DNA of 64,000 nt, taken from contig NC_083223.1 of assembly GCF_032191835.1 (NCBI RefSeq), positions 52,452,001 through 52,516,000 of the forward strand. Direction: 5' to 3'. Positions within the stretch are counted from its first letter, which is position 1. The number at the start of each line of letters is the position of its first letter. The position numbers were made by a program, and so were the translations under genes. The notes beneath the pieces are model-generated. The model was not told the origin of the DNA. It did no database searches and saw only the letters and a list, made by a program, of their open reading frames with translations. Of this stretch, positions 61,315 through 64,000 are shown piece after piece. This DNA is from Heteronotia binoei. Lineage: Eukaryota.

Positions 61315-63698
61315 GGGGAGGGGTAGGGGGTGGTTAAAGCTGCCTTCCAGGAAAAACTCCAGACAAGAATTGAGGACCCCAGTTGCCTCACAGATCCTTC
61401 TCCAGAAGCACTCTGGGAACACCTAAAAACTACCATCCTGTTGACCTCTGAAGAAATCCTCGCGTTCTCCACAAGGAAGAACAAGGACTGGTTTGACGAG
61501 AACAATCAAGAGATCCAAGAATTACTGGTGAAAAAGAGATCTGCCTACCAAGCACATCTTGCTCAGCCCTCCTGTCCTGGGAAAAAAGCAACCTTTCACG
61601 CTGTATGTAGCAACCTCCAGCGCAAGCTTCGAGACATTCAGAACGAGTGGTGGACCAAGCTTGCAGAGAGAACCCAGCTGTGTGCAGACACTGGTGATTT
61701 AAGAGGGTTCTACGAAGCCCTGAAGGCAGATATGGTCCATCATATCAGGCTCAGAGTCCTCTGCGTAGTGCAGACGGCCAAGTGCTCCTCACAGACAAGG
61801 CATCCATACTGAACCGGTGGTCAGAGTATTTTCAGGATCTCTTCAGTGCCAATCGCGTAGTTCAAGATTCAGCAATCCACCTCACCCCACTTCAACCAGT
61901 GAAAACAGAGTTGGATGTGATCCCCACCCTAGAAGAGACTGTTAAAGCCATCAAGCAACTGAAAAGTGGCAAGGCAGCGGGAGTTGATGGAATTCCACCA
62001 GAGATCTGGAAGCATGGGGGCATAGTACTACATAGTACACTTCACAAAGTACTTGTCACCTGCTGGGAACAAGGCAAACTACCACGGGACTTTCGCGATG
62101 CAATCATCATTACTCTACATAAGAACAAAGGGGAAAAGTCAGACTGCTCCAACTACCGGGGGATAACCCTGCTCTCCATCGCAGGCAAAATCCTTGCTAG
62201 AATACTCCTGAACAGACTGGTGCCCACCATTGCAGAAGAACTCCTCCCAGAGAGCCAGTGTGGCTTCAGAGCTAACAGGAGCACCACCGACATGGTATTT
62301 GTTCTCAGGCAGCTCCAAGAGAAATGCAGGGAACAGAACAAGGGTCTATATGTGACTTTTGTCGACCTTACCAAAGCTTTTGATACCCTGTGGCAAATCT
62401 TGGAATGTTTAGGATGTCCCCCAAGGTTCCTCAGTATGGTCATCCAGCTACATGAAGACCAGCGAGGCCAAGTCAGACACTGCAACGATCTCTCGGAGCC
62501 CTTCCCAATAGGCACAGGTGTAAAGCAAGGCTGTGTTCTTGCGCCAACTCTCTTTACGATCTTTTTTAGCATGATGCTTCAAAGAGCTGCAGTAGATTTA
62601 GATGATAACGATGGTGTCTACATCCGCTATCGCACCAATGGCAGCCTGTTCAACCTGAGGCAACTAAAGGCCCACTCCAAGACAATGGAAAAACTTTACT
62701 GTTTGCTGATGATGCTGCACTCGTTTCCCACTCGGTATCAGCTCTGCATCATATGACGTCCTGCTTTGCAGAGGCTGCCAAGCTATTCGGCCTAGAAGTT
62801 AGTCTGAAGAAGACAGAAGTTCTCCACCAGCCTGCACCCCAGGAAGATTATCACCCTCCCTGCATCACTGTGGGTGAATCAGTTCTGAAGACAGTCCAGC
62901 AGTTCAGCTACCTGGGGTGCATCATCTCTTCAGACGCCAAGATCGATAAGGAGATTGACAACAGGCTGGCAAAGGCAAACCGTGCATTTGGCCAACTGCA
63001 TAAAAGAGTGTGGAGCAACAAGCATCTGAAAAAAGGCACAAAGATCAATGTTTACAAAGCGGTTGTGATGACAACCCTCATCTACGGCTCCGAATCGTGG
63101 GTTTTATACCGTCATCACCTGCGACTCCTTGAGCGCTTTCATTAGCGCTGCCTTCGCACCATCCTCAACATCCACTGGAGTGACTTTGTGACCAACACTG
63201 AAGTCCTCAAGCGGGCGGAGGTTACAAGCATCAAGGCATTGCTGTTGAAGACGCAGCTGCGCTGGGCAGGGCATATCTCCAGGATGGAAAACCACCGCCT
63301 TCCCAAGATTGCCCTGTATGGCAAACTTTCCACCGGCCATCAAAATAGAGGGGCACCAAAGAAGAGGTACAAGGATTACTTGAAGAAATCCCTTGGTACT
63401 TGTTGCATTAACCATCACCAGTGGTCTGACCTAGCCTCAGATCACAAAGCATGGAGGCACACCATCCACCAGGCTGTCTCTTCCTTTGAGAACGCACGCA
63501 TAGCTGGTCTTGAGGACAAAAGGAGATCGAGGAAGAATCGTACTGCTACATCACCAACCCCAAATCAGACTTTTCCCTGTAGCCACTGTGGCCGGACCTG
63601 CCTGTCCCGCATTGGTCTTGTCAGCCACCAGCGAGCCTGCAACAGACGTGGACTACTGCACCTTTCTTAAATCTTCGTTCGCGAAGTCAAGCCGAGAG
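61315..63698 (+). mobile_element. 5'-truncated RTE-clade LINE (RT plus C2H2-like C-terminus), disrupted
   Basis: ORFs 61330-61812, 61782-62756, 62753-63145 and 63188-63670 encode RTE-type RT (NYRGITLLS, QCGFR, FVDLTKAFD, GVKQG; FADD at 62702-62713) and CSHCGRTCLSRIGLVSHQRAC. Perfect 12-bp TSD ACCTGTAAGCTG at 61303-61314 / 63699-63710. Confidence 0.93.
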
Positions 63699-64000
63699 AC
63701 CTGTAAGCTGCTTTATACCAGTTTCCTGGACAGGCAGCATAAAAATTTCTAAATAAAATGTGTACAAAATGGTACAAGTGTGCTATCTCACTTATTCACA
63801 TCACCCCTTGAAAAGCAGGCTCACATGGATACAACCTACAAAGATGGTACAAGCGCAGATACAACCTACAGCATGGTATTCTTTTTAAAAACACACACAG
63901 TGTGGTAGGTTTTGTTTCCTTTGCAAAAGAATTCTTTGCTAGGGTTTAAATTAAAATCAGCTGAATTGAAACCTGTCCAGAATAATCACTGAAAAGTTTT

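Larger units (their letters stand above)
60262..63757 (+). mobile_element. Old L2 3' fragment hosting a SINE and the RTE LINE (L2 parts ~60262-60560, 60840-61314, 63711-63757)
   Basis: Peptide HDMATVIYVVTTSRLDYCNVF (ORF 60280-60477). The L2 tail tgtaagctg|ctttatacc...aaatttctaaataaa is split by the RTE. Confidence 0.75.

Noticed and set aside
62153-63418. Antisense ORFs (62153-62572, 63104-63418) and 18466-18825
   Set aside because: Shadow frames opposite LINE RT coding sequence.

Overview
Vertebrate (squamate, probably gekkotan) genomic DNA; the taxon is inferred from the SINE/LINE repertoire, and no database search was run. The only host gene I can support is the 3' end of EIPR1 (TSSC1, WD40 EARP/GARP interactor) on the + strand: coding exons 1191-1358, 3534-3701 and 16894-17068 (stop), with AATAAA signals at 17187 and 17204. 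The remaining ~47 kb has no recognisable coding exon and is rich in nested transposable elements: Sauria, tRNA-derived and 5S-derived SINEs, L2 LINEs (one young, with an unbroken RT C-terminus), a 2.4-kb RTE-clade LINE with a 12-bp TSD, two TSD-bounded solo LTRs, hAT and Tc2-like MITEs, Penelope-like terminal relics and probable L1 fossils. The most unusual structure is a ~750-bp Tc2-type element in the last EIPR1 intron whose interior is a ~590-bp palindrome built from three smaller hairpins. Other leads are decayed hammerhead-ribozyme motifs, an unassigned duplicated element with highly conserved cores, and CpG-retaining unique blocks, one carrying a 45-codon ORF. I found no clear evidence of a new multi-gene system. 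Family names come from my recall of consensus sequences, and many repeat boundaries are approximate.
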